Shown here: in pieces, positions 49,645 through 60,745 of the stretch
Numbering within the stretch: the stretch's first letter is position 1
How the letters are laid out: every line of letters starts with the position of its first letter
Origin: a virus
IMG/VR virus record: IMGVR_UViG_3300022751_000016
Coordinates: 1-64,000 of that record
Direction: 5' to 3' (one strand)
Length of the DNA stretch: 64,000 nucleotides
Made by a program: the position numbers and the translations under genes
Notes under the pieces: generated by a model
Databases searched by the model: none
The model's input: only the letters and a program-made list of their open reading frames with translations
Told to the model about the DNA's origin: nothing

Positions 49645-49695
49645 TTACACAGAAAATAACCAATTTGCACATAAAACATATAATCACTATATTTA
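49645..49695 (+). promoter_or_regulatory. Promoter with upstream phage box
   Basis: TTACACAGAAAATAACCAATTTG-N20-TATATTTA. Confidence 0.75.
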
Positions 49696-49698
49696 CAC

Positions 49699-49806
49699 TG
49701 TAGATTGAAAGTACGAACTCAGCCTACATAGAAAGCATTTAAAAAATAATTTGGAGAAAGTCTCTACATCTACTGTTCGTACCAGTGGTTGTTTAGACTT
49801 TTTCTG
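49699..49806 (+). promoter_or_regulatory. Two-hairpin leader with complementary loops
   Basis: GTACGAAC (49711-49718) complementary to GTTCGTAC (49775-49782). Confidence 0.55.
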
Positions 49807-49823
49807 TTTTATATAAAATTATT

Positions 49824-50921
49824 ATGGCACAAATATTAAAAATTCAGGATTTAATAGGTACAACTTACAATAGATTTACTATATTAGAAGAAGGTGCAAG
49901 GCATGTTGAGCCTAACGGTAAAAGACAAAGAGTTATGATATGCGAGTGCTCTTGTGGAACTATTAAAAACATAATGTTAAAAGAGTTAAGAAAAGGCACT
50001 ACTAAATCTTGTGGCTGCCTAGCCGAAGAAATTAAAATAAATATTCAAGAAGGGGATATATTTACTCATTGGACAGTTTTAAATGAAACGGAAGGTTACT
50101 TTAGCAAAAATGGAGAGAAATCAGATAGAGCCTTTAACTGCATTTGTGTTTGTGGTAAAAAGAAGAGTGTAAATAGAAACTCTTTAACTACAGGTCAATC
50201 TAAAAGTTGTGGCTGCCAAGGAAGAGTTAAAAAAGAGAAAGAAGTAAAAATAAAAGCAATACCTGAAAATACAGATTTAGAGATATGGAAAGAGTCCTTT
50301 ACATTTCCAGATTATTATATAAGTAATTTAGGTAAAGCTTACTCCTATAAATCACAAGTTTATCTTAAAGACGCTGAATCGTTTAAAATACAAGATACTG
50401 ATGTATCAAAAATAAAAGAGCTATATAGAACTTTCTATGGTGCATATAATGAAAAATATACCAGTTTGTTTTATGAAGGAGAACCTTGCGCGGAAAACAT
50501 AAGAACAAGAGAGGCAAATACAGAAAGAGCTATTAAGCTAAAAGGGGTTTACAGCAGTATGTATAGTAGATGTTATAGAGTGGAAAATAAATCATACCCA
50601 ACTTACGGAGCTAAAGGAGTAAAAATTGAAGAGTCATTCGACACATTTAATAAATTTTTTGATTGGGCTATAAACAACGGGTATAAGGAAGGATTGGAAA
50701 TAGACAGGATAGAATCAGATAAAGGATATTGTTCTTCTAATTGTAGATTTATTACTAAAGAGGAAAATAATCTTAGAGGTAAGTTTATAAATTTGACCTT
50801 AGCTGATGTAAAATGGATTAGGTCTGATGAATTTACTTATGAGAAGGCACTTGATAAATTTACTTGTTCTAGAAAGGTGATATCGAATATTAGAAATTAT
50901 ATAACTTTTAAAGATATTTGA
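49824..50921 (+). CDS. HNH-type homing endonuclease with tandem CxCG/KSCGC domains and NUMOD4-like segment
   Basis: CSCG..KSCGC twice; EIWK..YYISNLG; RCY..YGAKG..IDRI..NCRF. Confidence 0.8.
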   Translation: MAQILKIQDLIGTTYNRFTILEEGARHVEPNGKRQRVMICECSCGTIKNIMLKELRKGTTKSCGCLAEEIKINIQEGDIFTHWTVLNETEGYFSKNGEKSDRAFNCICVCGKKKSVNRNSLTTGQSKSCGCQGRVKKEKEVKIKAIPENTDLEIWKESFTFPDYYISNLGKAYSYKSQVYLKDAESFKIQDTDVSKIKELYRTFYGAYNEKYTSLFYEGEPCAENIRTREANTERAIKLKGVYSSMYSRCYRVENKSYPTYGAKGVKIEESFDTFNKFFDWAINNGYKEGLEIDRIESDKGYCSSNCRFITKEENNLRGKFINLTLADVKWIRSDEFTYEKALDKFTCSRKVISNIRNYITFKDI

Positions 50922-51596
50922 AAATGTTATGAACGTCCTCGGGTGTGAGATGTCCATATATCAAGCCCCTATCAAAGTTACCCCTCTTTTTGTCCCATAC
51001 CCGCCTATTGTTTCAATCTTCTAAAATCTATTCTTAGAGGGCTTGAAAATGTTTTTCACTTTTGAGTTTTATTTTAGTTCTTTGTATAGTTGCTTATGTT
51101 GTTATCTAAGTATTTTTAACCGTTTCTTTTCTCTTTTAATTTCTTTTTGCGGGCGAATTGTGTAGAGTATTTAAATATATTCTCTATATAATATGATTGC
51201 GTGCGCACGTGATACATAAAAAATAATTAATATCCTATTTTTATTTTAATTATTTTGGTTATACATTTGTAAGGTCGAAAGAGGATAACAATCCAATAGA
51301 CAAACAAAGTTCTTATACACTTTCTTTTTTAATATGCAAGTAAAATTTAATTTATTTTTGCATTGAAGTAAAAAAGTTTATAGTATCTTTACACTATCGG
51401 AAACGAAGCAAGTTAATTGACATATTGAATAATAGTTTAATCCAGCCTAATAAAGGATTATAGCTTTTAACGCAGCTATTACAGCAAAGTCCCATTTAGT
51501 AATGGTTTGGTGCAACTCCATAAATACTAAATCCCTTGCAAATTTATGTTTGTAGCATCGAAGCAACAAGGGAACTAATTTAAAAACTTATTTATT

Positions 51597-53593
51597 ATGT
51601 TAAACATACATTTAAAAATCGAGGCTAAAATAACTTGTTTTATCACATTGGCACAATTATCCGAGTTAACAAATAAAAAACAATCTGAAACATTAAAAAG
51701 TTTATATGTTACATTTAGCAAAGATTGTTTTCTATTACCTTATAAAGTACAAAAGCTATCTAAACGAGCAAGACGAAATTTAATTTAAAAATATATCTTA
51801 TGAAACTACCTAAACAAATAAGGCTTAACTATTGGTGGATTAATAGAAAGCCTATTTTATTACTTTCTTTTGGCTTTTTAGTCTTCTTTTTGGCGGCAAA
51901 TGTGTTACTTAATCTTATTGAATATCTTACTAATCTTTTAAATTAACTTATTATGAAAGCGCAAATAAAACTAATAAACAATAGTGGTTGTAGTCCTATC
52001 GAAGTATTTAATTCTGTAAAGGACTTAAAGACTTATTTAAACGAGTGCCTTTATTATGCCACTGAATTATATTTAAATATTGAATGTAATTACACGGATA
52101 ATTGGGAATATTCTAAAATTACAGACTTAAGAAGCTTATTAAGTGAAGCTAAATTTTATGATAGTGTTTTATGTGTTAATGTAGAATATTAGTAACAACC
52201 TTATAAAAACTAAATTATTATGAACTATCTACAAATGTTATCCGATAAAATAAATTCTTATAAAAGTTATAACCAAGCGGTAAAAACTAGAGTTTTAAAG
52301 CAATTAGAGAATAGAACGGAATTGACTGAACAGCAGTATAAAACTGTTATTAAAAACGTTCCTAAAGTAATGAAAGCAAATAAATTGTTTCTTACTAAGT
52401 ACAATAACGAGTATAAAAAGGTTTTAGGCGTTTCAGTTCATAGATATGCACCTGAATTAAACACTTTACAATACATTAGTGGAACAATTATAAAAGTTCC
52501 ACAACAAACAACGGTCGAGGACGCAATAAAATATTTAATTAATAACGGTAAAATTTAAACAATATGAAAACAATTGATACAACAACATTAACAAGTTTAG
52601 AACGTTCCATTTATGGAACTAACTTAATAAATAAATTAACAATTCAAAACCTTAGAAAAGTTTTACCACAATTAGAAACGTATAAAGGTAAAAAGATATG
52701 TTTGGCAAGTGGTAAGGCTGCAAAAAATTTCACAATAGAATTACTTAGTTACTCAGATAAGGAAGCAGGACAACATTTAAGAACGTTTATTAAATTTGAA
52801 CAATTTGCAAGGACTGAAAAGATAATCTTGTTTCAAGATGTTACGGTAAAAGATAAAAATTATCAGGGTGGCGGTTATGGTGTATCTTATTATCAAAATG
52901 AAATTGATTTAGGTTATTTAATTAACGGTGTACTAACTGAAATTACAACTATGTACGATATAGAACTTTCTTATAAGTTAGGAGTTGAATTTTGCGCAAA
53001 AAAAGTAAAAGAAACGAAAGACAAAATAGAACAGTTAAAAAATGAAGTTTCAAAGTTAGAACATTCTATATATCAATTTAAAGGCAGTTATTAAATTGCA
53101 TATTGCAATATACGATTTGGCGGGATAAAAAACTATAAAAGAAAAGTTTATGAAAACAGATTTAAACGGTTTACAACTAACTGTACTAAAACAGTATAGA
53201 CAACAATCAACTAATTTTAACGAGTCTTTAAATAGATATTATGACTTGTTTAAAGTTCAGTATTCAAATGGAAAAATAGGGTTACTTTGTCAAACAGAAA
53301 TAAATTATTAAATTATGAGAACTTTATATAATTATTCGAATTACGGTAATGATTTAAAATTAACTTATTCTGATGCTCAAAGCGTTGCATTATCGGGAGA
53401 TATGGAAAACAACGTTATTGAATTAATGGAAAAGAAATACGTTAAAAGACAATTAGATTTAATAAACCCCAAACAACTTGCAAAGGAATTAAATGACTAT
53501 GGAGCTTGGGACGATGACGAACTAAAAAACCACAAAGAAAACTTAAAAAGGTGGGTTTGGTTGTCGGGTTGTGATATTGTAGAAAATAAATAA
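51597..53593 (+). other. Early-type small ORFs (51597-51788, 51953-52192, 52220-52558, 52564-53094, 53315-53593)
   Basis: Co-oriented ORFs with A-rich leaders. Confidence 0.5.
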
Positions 53594-53749
53594 CAGTAAA
53601 GCCATGTTTAAGAGAATAGTAATGTATCAGGGCGAAGACTTTAATTATTTTGAAGCGGTTTTTGCGTGGGGTTCAATCTTTGCTTTTACTATGGAGCAAT
53701 TAATAATAGAACTACAAGAAAATAGAATAAGTTTAAATTAATAATTAAT

Positions 53750-53816
53750 GCCCTCGTTTGAGATAACAACCTTTAAAATAATACGAGGTTAAAAGGTTCA
53801 ATTCCTTTTGGGGGCG
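53750..53816 (+). ncRNA. tRNA-like element (intact acceptor and T arms, aberrant D and anticodon arms)
   Basis: GCCCTCG/TGGGGGC acceptor stem; AAAGG-TTCAATT-CCTTT T arm. Confidence 0.5.
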
Positions 53817-53836
53817 CAAACAATAAATAAAAAGTT

Positions 53837-54275
53837 ATGGTACTAAGTAACGAGAATATAACAATAGGTACACTTACAGTCTTAAAACATTTAGGTATTA
53901 CAACCTATGAACAGTTAAAAGAGTTTAAGCCACCAAAGATAAACGAAATTATTTATTATAATCCTTTGGCGAGGGTTGAAAGAAGATATACAAAAAGAGT
54001 AGATAACGAAATAAAGGAACTTTTAAATTTATAATATTATGGAAGTATTTAATGTATTGGTTAAAGGGGTTGAGGTTAAAGATATAAACGATTGTAAAGC
54101 CTTTTTAAGTGAAGATAGTGCCACTAAATGGATAGAAAAAGTTTGTAAGTTCCAAAAATGGACTATTAAAAGCCGTTTGGGTTGGAATGATGATAATACT
54201 TTGGATGATAGACGAGTTGAGGATATGAAAGGAAATAGTTATTATTTTGTAATATATCGGCAGATTTTAGAATAA
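53837..54275 (+). other. Two small hypothetical ORFs (53837-54034, 54039-54275)
   Basis: Co-oriented ORFs. Confidence 0.5.
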
Positions 54276-54395
54276 TTTCGCCGAAAAAAGAGTATCAATA
54301 AGAAAAAATAAGTTAATAAACAAATAAAATATAAAGAAATTTAATTATATCTTTACAGTATCAAACAACAAGCGAAAGCGCAAAACTTTATCATT

Positions 54396-54821
54396 ATGAA
54401 ACTATCAGATTTAAGAACAGTAAAAGAATTAGCAGACAATTTAAACATAGACTTTAAAGAGTTAGCCGAAGGATTTATTTATAATAGTTCAGATTTTGAA
54501 ATTGATAATTATCGTTTTATATCTTCTAATGATATAGACGAGATACAACAAAATGAACTTAAAAACGACTTATATATCTTAGGTTGTTTTAATGCAGATT
54601 TTTTAGCAGACTATACAGACCTATCTTATAAAGCTATTAAAGCCTTACAAAAAGCCGAAGCATACGAGGAACTGGGGGAAATTATTGTTGATGATATTGA
54701 AGCAATTCAAGAAGGGTATAAGGGTGCGGACGGTTACGGACATCATTTTAATCATTATGATGGCAACGAGTGGGAATTTACTGTTGATGGTATAGATTAC
54801 TACTATTTTAGAACTAACTAA
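54396..54821 (+). CDS. Acidic early protein
   Basis: About 22% Asp/Glu; DGYGHHFNHYDG motif; own -7 box at 54348-54355. Confidence 0.55.
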   Translation: MKLSDLRTVKELADNLNIDFKELAEGFIYNSSDFEIDNYRFISSNDIDEIQQNELKNDLYILGCFNADFLADYTDLSYKAIKALQKAEAYEELGEIIVDDIEAIQEGYKGADGYGHHFNHYDGNEWEFTVDGIDYYYFRTN

Positions 54822-54861
54822 TTTCGGCAAAAAAGTATTAAAACTATAAAGCGACAAGCGC

Positions 54862-56099
54862 ATGGGAACATTAACAGTTTATAGAGAATGGAACAGTTCT
54901 TACAATCAAACAACGATTTTAAGAGACGAAAACAACAAGGTAAAGGCTATCATAACCAGCAGCATAAAACAGCCTAAAATGAACCAAAAGATAGTAGTAA
55001 TCAACCGTAAAGAGTTTCTATTGAATTGGGAACTTGTGGCGGGAAAACAAATAAAACAGAAAGAAAATGAACACAGCAAAAGAAGTGATAGCGCAAAACA
55101 ACAAGATTATAGCAAAGTTTATGGGTGCAAAAGAAGGTAAGGGAGTAGGTAAAAGAAAAGCCTTAACAGGTGTACCAATTCCTTTATATCTCGATGAGAA
55201 AATATTAACTGATAAAAGCACTTGTTTTATTGACGAACTAAGGTATCATTCTGATTGGAATTGGTTAATGGAAGTAGTAGAGAAGATAGAGAGTCTAAAC
55301 ACGTCTTTTAGTATAGATGGTAATAAATGCTACTGCATAAACGATAGCTTCTGTAATGCTCAAAAAGAACCTACAAAAATAGAATCAGTTTATAAAGTGT
55401 GCATAGCCTTTATTAATTGGTACAACGAACCCCAACTAAAAATCGGCAAAAGAAAATTTAACAAAGATAACTAACAACAGATAAAAAGAAACAGTTATGA
55501 TACAAGTAAATAAAAATAAAGGTTTTCATCTAAAATTTAATAATGGATTAACAATATCTGTACAAATAGGTAACAGTAACTATTGTAATAACAGAAATAA
55601 CTACGATGTTGACGAAATGAAACAACCTATTACGACCTGCTTAAATGCTGAAATAGCTATATGGGACGAAAGTAACAAATGGTTTACGTTTGAAGGCGAC
55701 CAAGTAAAAGGGTGGGTTGAAGCCGATGAGGTAGGGATATGGATTGACAAGGTAAGACGAGCAAAAAATATTAAATCTATAAAGAGAATTAAAAGAAATT
55801 TGGTAGAATAGAATAAAAGAACTATATTTGCCCTCAATTCAATGTTTAACGAAATAAAAGCCTTCTAAATGGGATTTATAGCAAAGAAAATAGATACAAA
55901 TAACATCTATTACAGCAAAGGAGCTAACAAAATAGCTGATTTAATAGGTTGTCACTACTCAACTATAACAAAACACTTTCAAAATAGCAGTTCAGATAAG
56001 GTTATTAAGGGGTATATAGTGAGTAAAACAATAGATTTAACCAATAAAGATAGAGGAAGTAGCACAAAATCAATATTTAACGCTATAAATAGCTTCTAA
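54862..56099 (+). other. Small ORFs (54862-55140, 55067-55474, 55497-55811, 55869-56099 HTH-like)
   Basis: 55067 carries YHSDWNWLMEVVEKIE; 55869 has an HTH-like IADLIGCHYSTI. Confidence 0.5.
55799..55830 (+). promoter_or_regulatory. Bacteroidota-type promoter
   Basis: TTTG-N20-TATATTTG. Confidence 0.65.
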
Positions 56100-56518
56100 T
56101 TCGCGCAAAAAGAAATTAAAAACAGTAAAATACTATGGAAAATAACCTAAAACATAACGATATAGTAGATATATCAATAATAATATGTGATAAACTAATA
56201 GACTTAGGATTAATAGATATTGAAGACGATGATACACAAGATGAAATCACATATATACTAGCGGAATCATTAAAGGTAAAACTAGAATACTAAACAAACC
56301 CAATGAGAATGGGACTTCATTAGACTAAAAATATAATTAGCCTACACTAAACTAATTTTTAGACAAGCCTAAAAAGGTGAGGACAACCCACCCCAAACAA
56401 ATTCCACTAACAAAAAACAATTAAAAACACCCCAATATAAGCAAAAATTACCTTATCACTTGACTATGGTAGTGTTGAATATGGTTATTTTGTATGGTTG
56501 GGCTTAAAAGAAAACGTT

Positions 56519-59500
56519 ATGAAAACTAAAGAAGAAATATTAAAAGATAGGTATGAGATAAACGGGTTTGTATTTAGCGCAGAAACGCCAAAAGAAACAG
56601 CCAATAAACTTATCGAGCTTATTAGTTCAAAAGAAAGAGTTATTTTAGATTATGGAAATATTGAGACTAAAGTATCTTGGAATGAAATTTATGATATAAC
56701 TGGTTATGTTAGTTATTCTAAAGGATTTTATGATTTAAAGTATCCTATATTGGTTTATAATAAACGTTCTTATGGTGGAGGTAGTATATTAACACATTGT
56801 ATTTTGTCTATTAAGAGTAGTAGAGGTAAGAGAGTTTTATTTAGTGTTTAACCGTTTTTTCTATTTCTTTTCGCGGCGAATCTATTAAACAATAATAAAA
56901 CCCACTACAATTAAATTTAAGAGTATTAATAAGGCTTTTAAGCCATTAAAAATAAAATTATGACAACTATATCCATTCCAAAAGAAAAAATGCTTGAATT
57001 GATTAAAAACGATACTTGTGGTTTTTATGATTATACTAATTATAATAGCCTCGACATAGATATTGTTTTTGACAGCACTACAACATTAAAAGAGTATGAT
57101 GGGGCAAGCAGATTAAACTTAACTTTTAAAGACTTATCTTCTTTACTGTTTGATAGAGTTGTTAAGGTTAGTGATGAGTTATTAATCACTGTTTCTTAAT
57201 TCTTTTTCCCGCCGACCTTTATTACATTAACAAATAACCAACACAATCAAATTTAAGCTTAGTTTTAACCCTTTTAAACAACTACTATGATAACAAATAT
57301 ATCTAAGGTTCAAAATGAACTTAACGCCCTTAAAGAGCAAGTAATTGGCATATACAAACATTCTACTATTGGGGTGTTTGAATTAGTACTAAGTATTGAC
57401 AAGCAAACAGAAACTATTGAAACTTGTTTTATTAGCCAATTTGGAGCAATACAAAGAGGTTTTTCAATTCCTTATCAACAAGGTAAGTTATTTTTATTCC
57501 CCGATAATCGTAATATGAATGATATGTTAAACAGTCCTTTTGAATGGGATGCTTTTATGAAACAGTTTTAATCTGTTTTTAACTCTTTTTTCGCGGATTT
57601 AATAAATAACAAACAAAAATAATAGTCATGGAAGTATCAAAGAAAAAATCATTTAAAATACAGTTATTTAAAGGTTGCCCATTATATGGTATTCTTAAAT
57701 TTGATAAAGAGACTAAAAGTTACTTAAAGTATTATGATGAGAAAGGAGAAATAACAGTTGATTTAGATAACTATAATAGTTTAATTATCAATTCTATTAT
57801 TAAACAAGCAGAGATTATTTGTCAAATGAAATATGGTATATTATGGAGCTATTAAGAGATTTTTTATTATGGTTGTTCTTATTTATGTATTTTCATTTAG
57901 TCAGGTTTTTTGAATTACGTGAAAACACAAATGTGATAAATTTGAAAGACTACTTTAAGTATGGCGGTGGGATTGTGTATATGATTATTACAACTCAAAT
58001 TATAATACTTCTATGTTTTTGGGTTTTAAAGTTCTTTTCTTAATCTCTTTTTCGCCCGAAATATTAACAATAAAATTAAAAAATATGGATTATTTTATTA
58101 CAGCTTGCATTGCATTTCTTATTGGACTATTTTTAAATACACGATTATTTAAAACTAAAAAACCTTTAAAAACATACGACCTAAAGAAAAAATATAAATT
58201 TGCTAAGAAGTTTGATTATTTTGTAATTAAAGAATATAATAACAAATTTGAGTTAGTATATTATAATAAACCTTACAGCGAAGATTTTGCAGAATAAATA
58301 CAAATGATATGGAACACTTATTAAATGCTTTACACGCTCTTACGTTGCTAGAAATGGAGAGAGATTTAACAAATGAAGAGACAAGATTTTATCTCTATTG
58401 TTACAATACATTAACTGAAAATAATATTAACATTCCTTTTGGAGTAGAAGTTTAACTGTTATGGAAATAATCACAAGTAAATTAGGCGAACAAGGTATTT
58501 TTGTATCAGGAAATAAGTATAACTATATAGAATGGGCTGAGTACAAAGGAAAAACCTTTAGGGTGGGTACAAAAGTAGATTGGTGTGACCCCGATGATAA
58601 CAATAGACGATATAGAGGTAAAATAAGGTGGCTTATCTTACTTGGTAATGGTAATGTAGAAATAGATTTTAATGATAAATTAGGTAGGGTTAGTTTAAAA
58701 GATTTAGACTTATGAAAATTAATCACGTCATGAAAAAACTACACTACAGAATAGAAATAAGAGATTGTAACGGCAAACCTTATAAAACAGATAAAGGAAG
58801 TAAAATACTAAGTTTTGATTTTACAGGTGAGGAAGAGGATGAAACTATTATTCATTTAATTTGTCAAAGAACTTTTGAAGATTATAAAGCAGTTTGTAAA
58901 GAGAATAGTCAGATTAATATAGAAGTTACTTATTTTAATGATATTAGTAAAACTTTCTGTTGTTTATATTCTTTTTACGGCGGCGAAAATAAATTTATAA
59001 AACACGATTAATTATGAAAACACTAATAAATTGCACGAAAATACAAAGTAGTAAAAACTTTGAAAATAAAGTATTGAAACTCTTTCCTAAAGACAGCTTA
59101 GACATTTATTTAGACCAAGTTTCAATGGAGAGAAATAGAGGCTTAGGTGGAGCTTATTTAAATAAGGTAGTATTTGTTATTAATGGAGAGTTTCTAACGC
59201 TTAAAATGGCTCACAATGACTCTCAGGGGTGGGATGAGTATGGAGACTGGGAAGAATACGATAGAAAATATCAAAGTTGGGCTAAATCTACTGTTTTATC
59301 TCTTTTAGCCGAAAATAAAGAAACTATTAACGACTTCTTTTTTGAAGCTAGTATTTAAACTATGATAAATTTGAACATAACAATAGGAGGCAATCTTTGC
59401 ATAGAGCTGAACAAAGGCGCGAAAGAAGAATTAAAAGAACTGATAGAAAATGGTAGAGACGAAAGAGATTTATTAACAACTCTATTGGATGATAGCGGTT

Positions 59501-60324
59501 ACATCGGCAATGACTGGTATTCACTTTATGATGTTGGTTTAACAGAGGCTCCAATAGTTGCTTATGGAAGTTGGAGTGAAGATGATGGAGAAAGTATGGA
59601 TTACGAGCAGATGTGGATTTATAATGATTATAATATTTCTTCTTATGCCGAAATCCTATTGAAAAAAGGAAAAGTAATATTTAAAAAGGTCTAATTATGA
59701 GTTATTTAATGGGATTACCTACAAAAAGACAAGCTGAAATTATACATATATTTCTAGGTGGAAGAAATGTAGAAAAAGATAGATTAACTAGAGATAAGAA
59801 TAGAAAAAAGCGTAAAAGTAAATGCAAATAATTACAGATTTCGGGCGAAAAAATATAAAGCCAAAGAAGACCTTTTACTACAGAGAAGAAAGATTTGCAA
59901 TATGCGAAGTACCAACTAAATTAAATGATATGACTTCACCAACAGTATTAAGAAGATTAGTTCATTTTAGTAGTGGTAAGGTTATTCCAATTCAGTTTCT
60001 AAGTGAAAAGACAGCTTTAAATTGTGTTCAAACGGCAGAAAAAAGATTAGATAAGATATTTAAGACAGTTGGTGAAGAGTATTTTTACAGTGAATTAAGT
60101 AAACAAGAAAAATTAAATTAATAATTATGATAAGATATAAAATAACACAGATTTTCAGTATGTTCCTAGTATTAACAATATTTTGTACTATGATAGTAGG
60201 CATAGCTTGGGTATTTGATAGTGCGCCTAATAACTTATACACTGTTTGGGAATTTTTAGGGAGTTGCTTAGCAGTTTCTTTTCTTTTTCACCTTTTATTC
60301 GGCGCGAAAATAACTTTTAAATAG
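56519..60324 (+). other. Run of small early-type ORFs (56519-56851, 56960-57199, 57287-57571, 57628-57855, about 57843-58043, about 58085-58297, 58461-58715, 58712-59011, 59014-59358, 59362-59694, 59822-60121, 60127-60324)
   Basis: Co-oriented ORFs with A-rich leaders. Confidence 0.5.
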
Positions 60325-60331
60325 TGTAATT

Positions 60332-60742
60332 ATGCCAACAAAACAAGAAACAATAGACAGTATCACACCTACAAGCCAATATTTAGGTAAGTACGTAAGA
60401 GAATTAATTACAGGTATATCGAGTGCAGAAACTAAAATGTGTCCTGAATACTTTAAGAAGGGCGATGTCATACTTTTGAAGTGTAGAGTCAAACCTAGGC
60501 CAGGAGTGATAATTAAAGTGACAGCAACTTTCGTGATTTGTATTCCATTAACAAGTACAGAAAACGAACATTGTATGTCAGAGTCAAAGAGTAGATTTTT
60601 CAGAACAGGCTGCTTTTGTAATTCTTATGAAATAGTTCCATTAGAAATGGCACAACAACACTTTCTAGGAGTTTATGACTCACCTAAATTATTAAATAAC
60701 GCAATTAAAGAACTAAGACAATTTATTAGTAAACATATTTAG
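60332..60742 (+). CDS. MazF/PemK-like endoribonuclease-fold protein
   Basis: KGDVIL....KPRPGVII...VICIPLTS matches the PemK core. Confidence 0.6.
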   Translation: MPTKQETIDSITPTSQYLGKYVRELITGISSAETKMCPEYFKKGDVILLKCRVKPRPGVIIKVTATFVICIPLTSTENEHCMSESKSRFFRTGCFCNSYEIVPLEMAQQHFLGVYDSPKLLNNAIKELRQFISKHI

Positions 60743-60745
60743 ATT

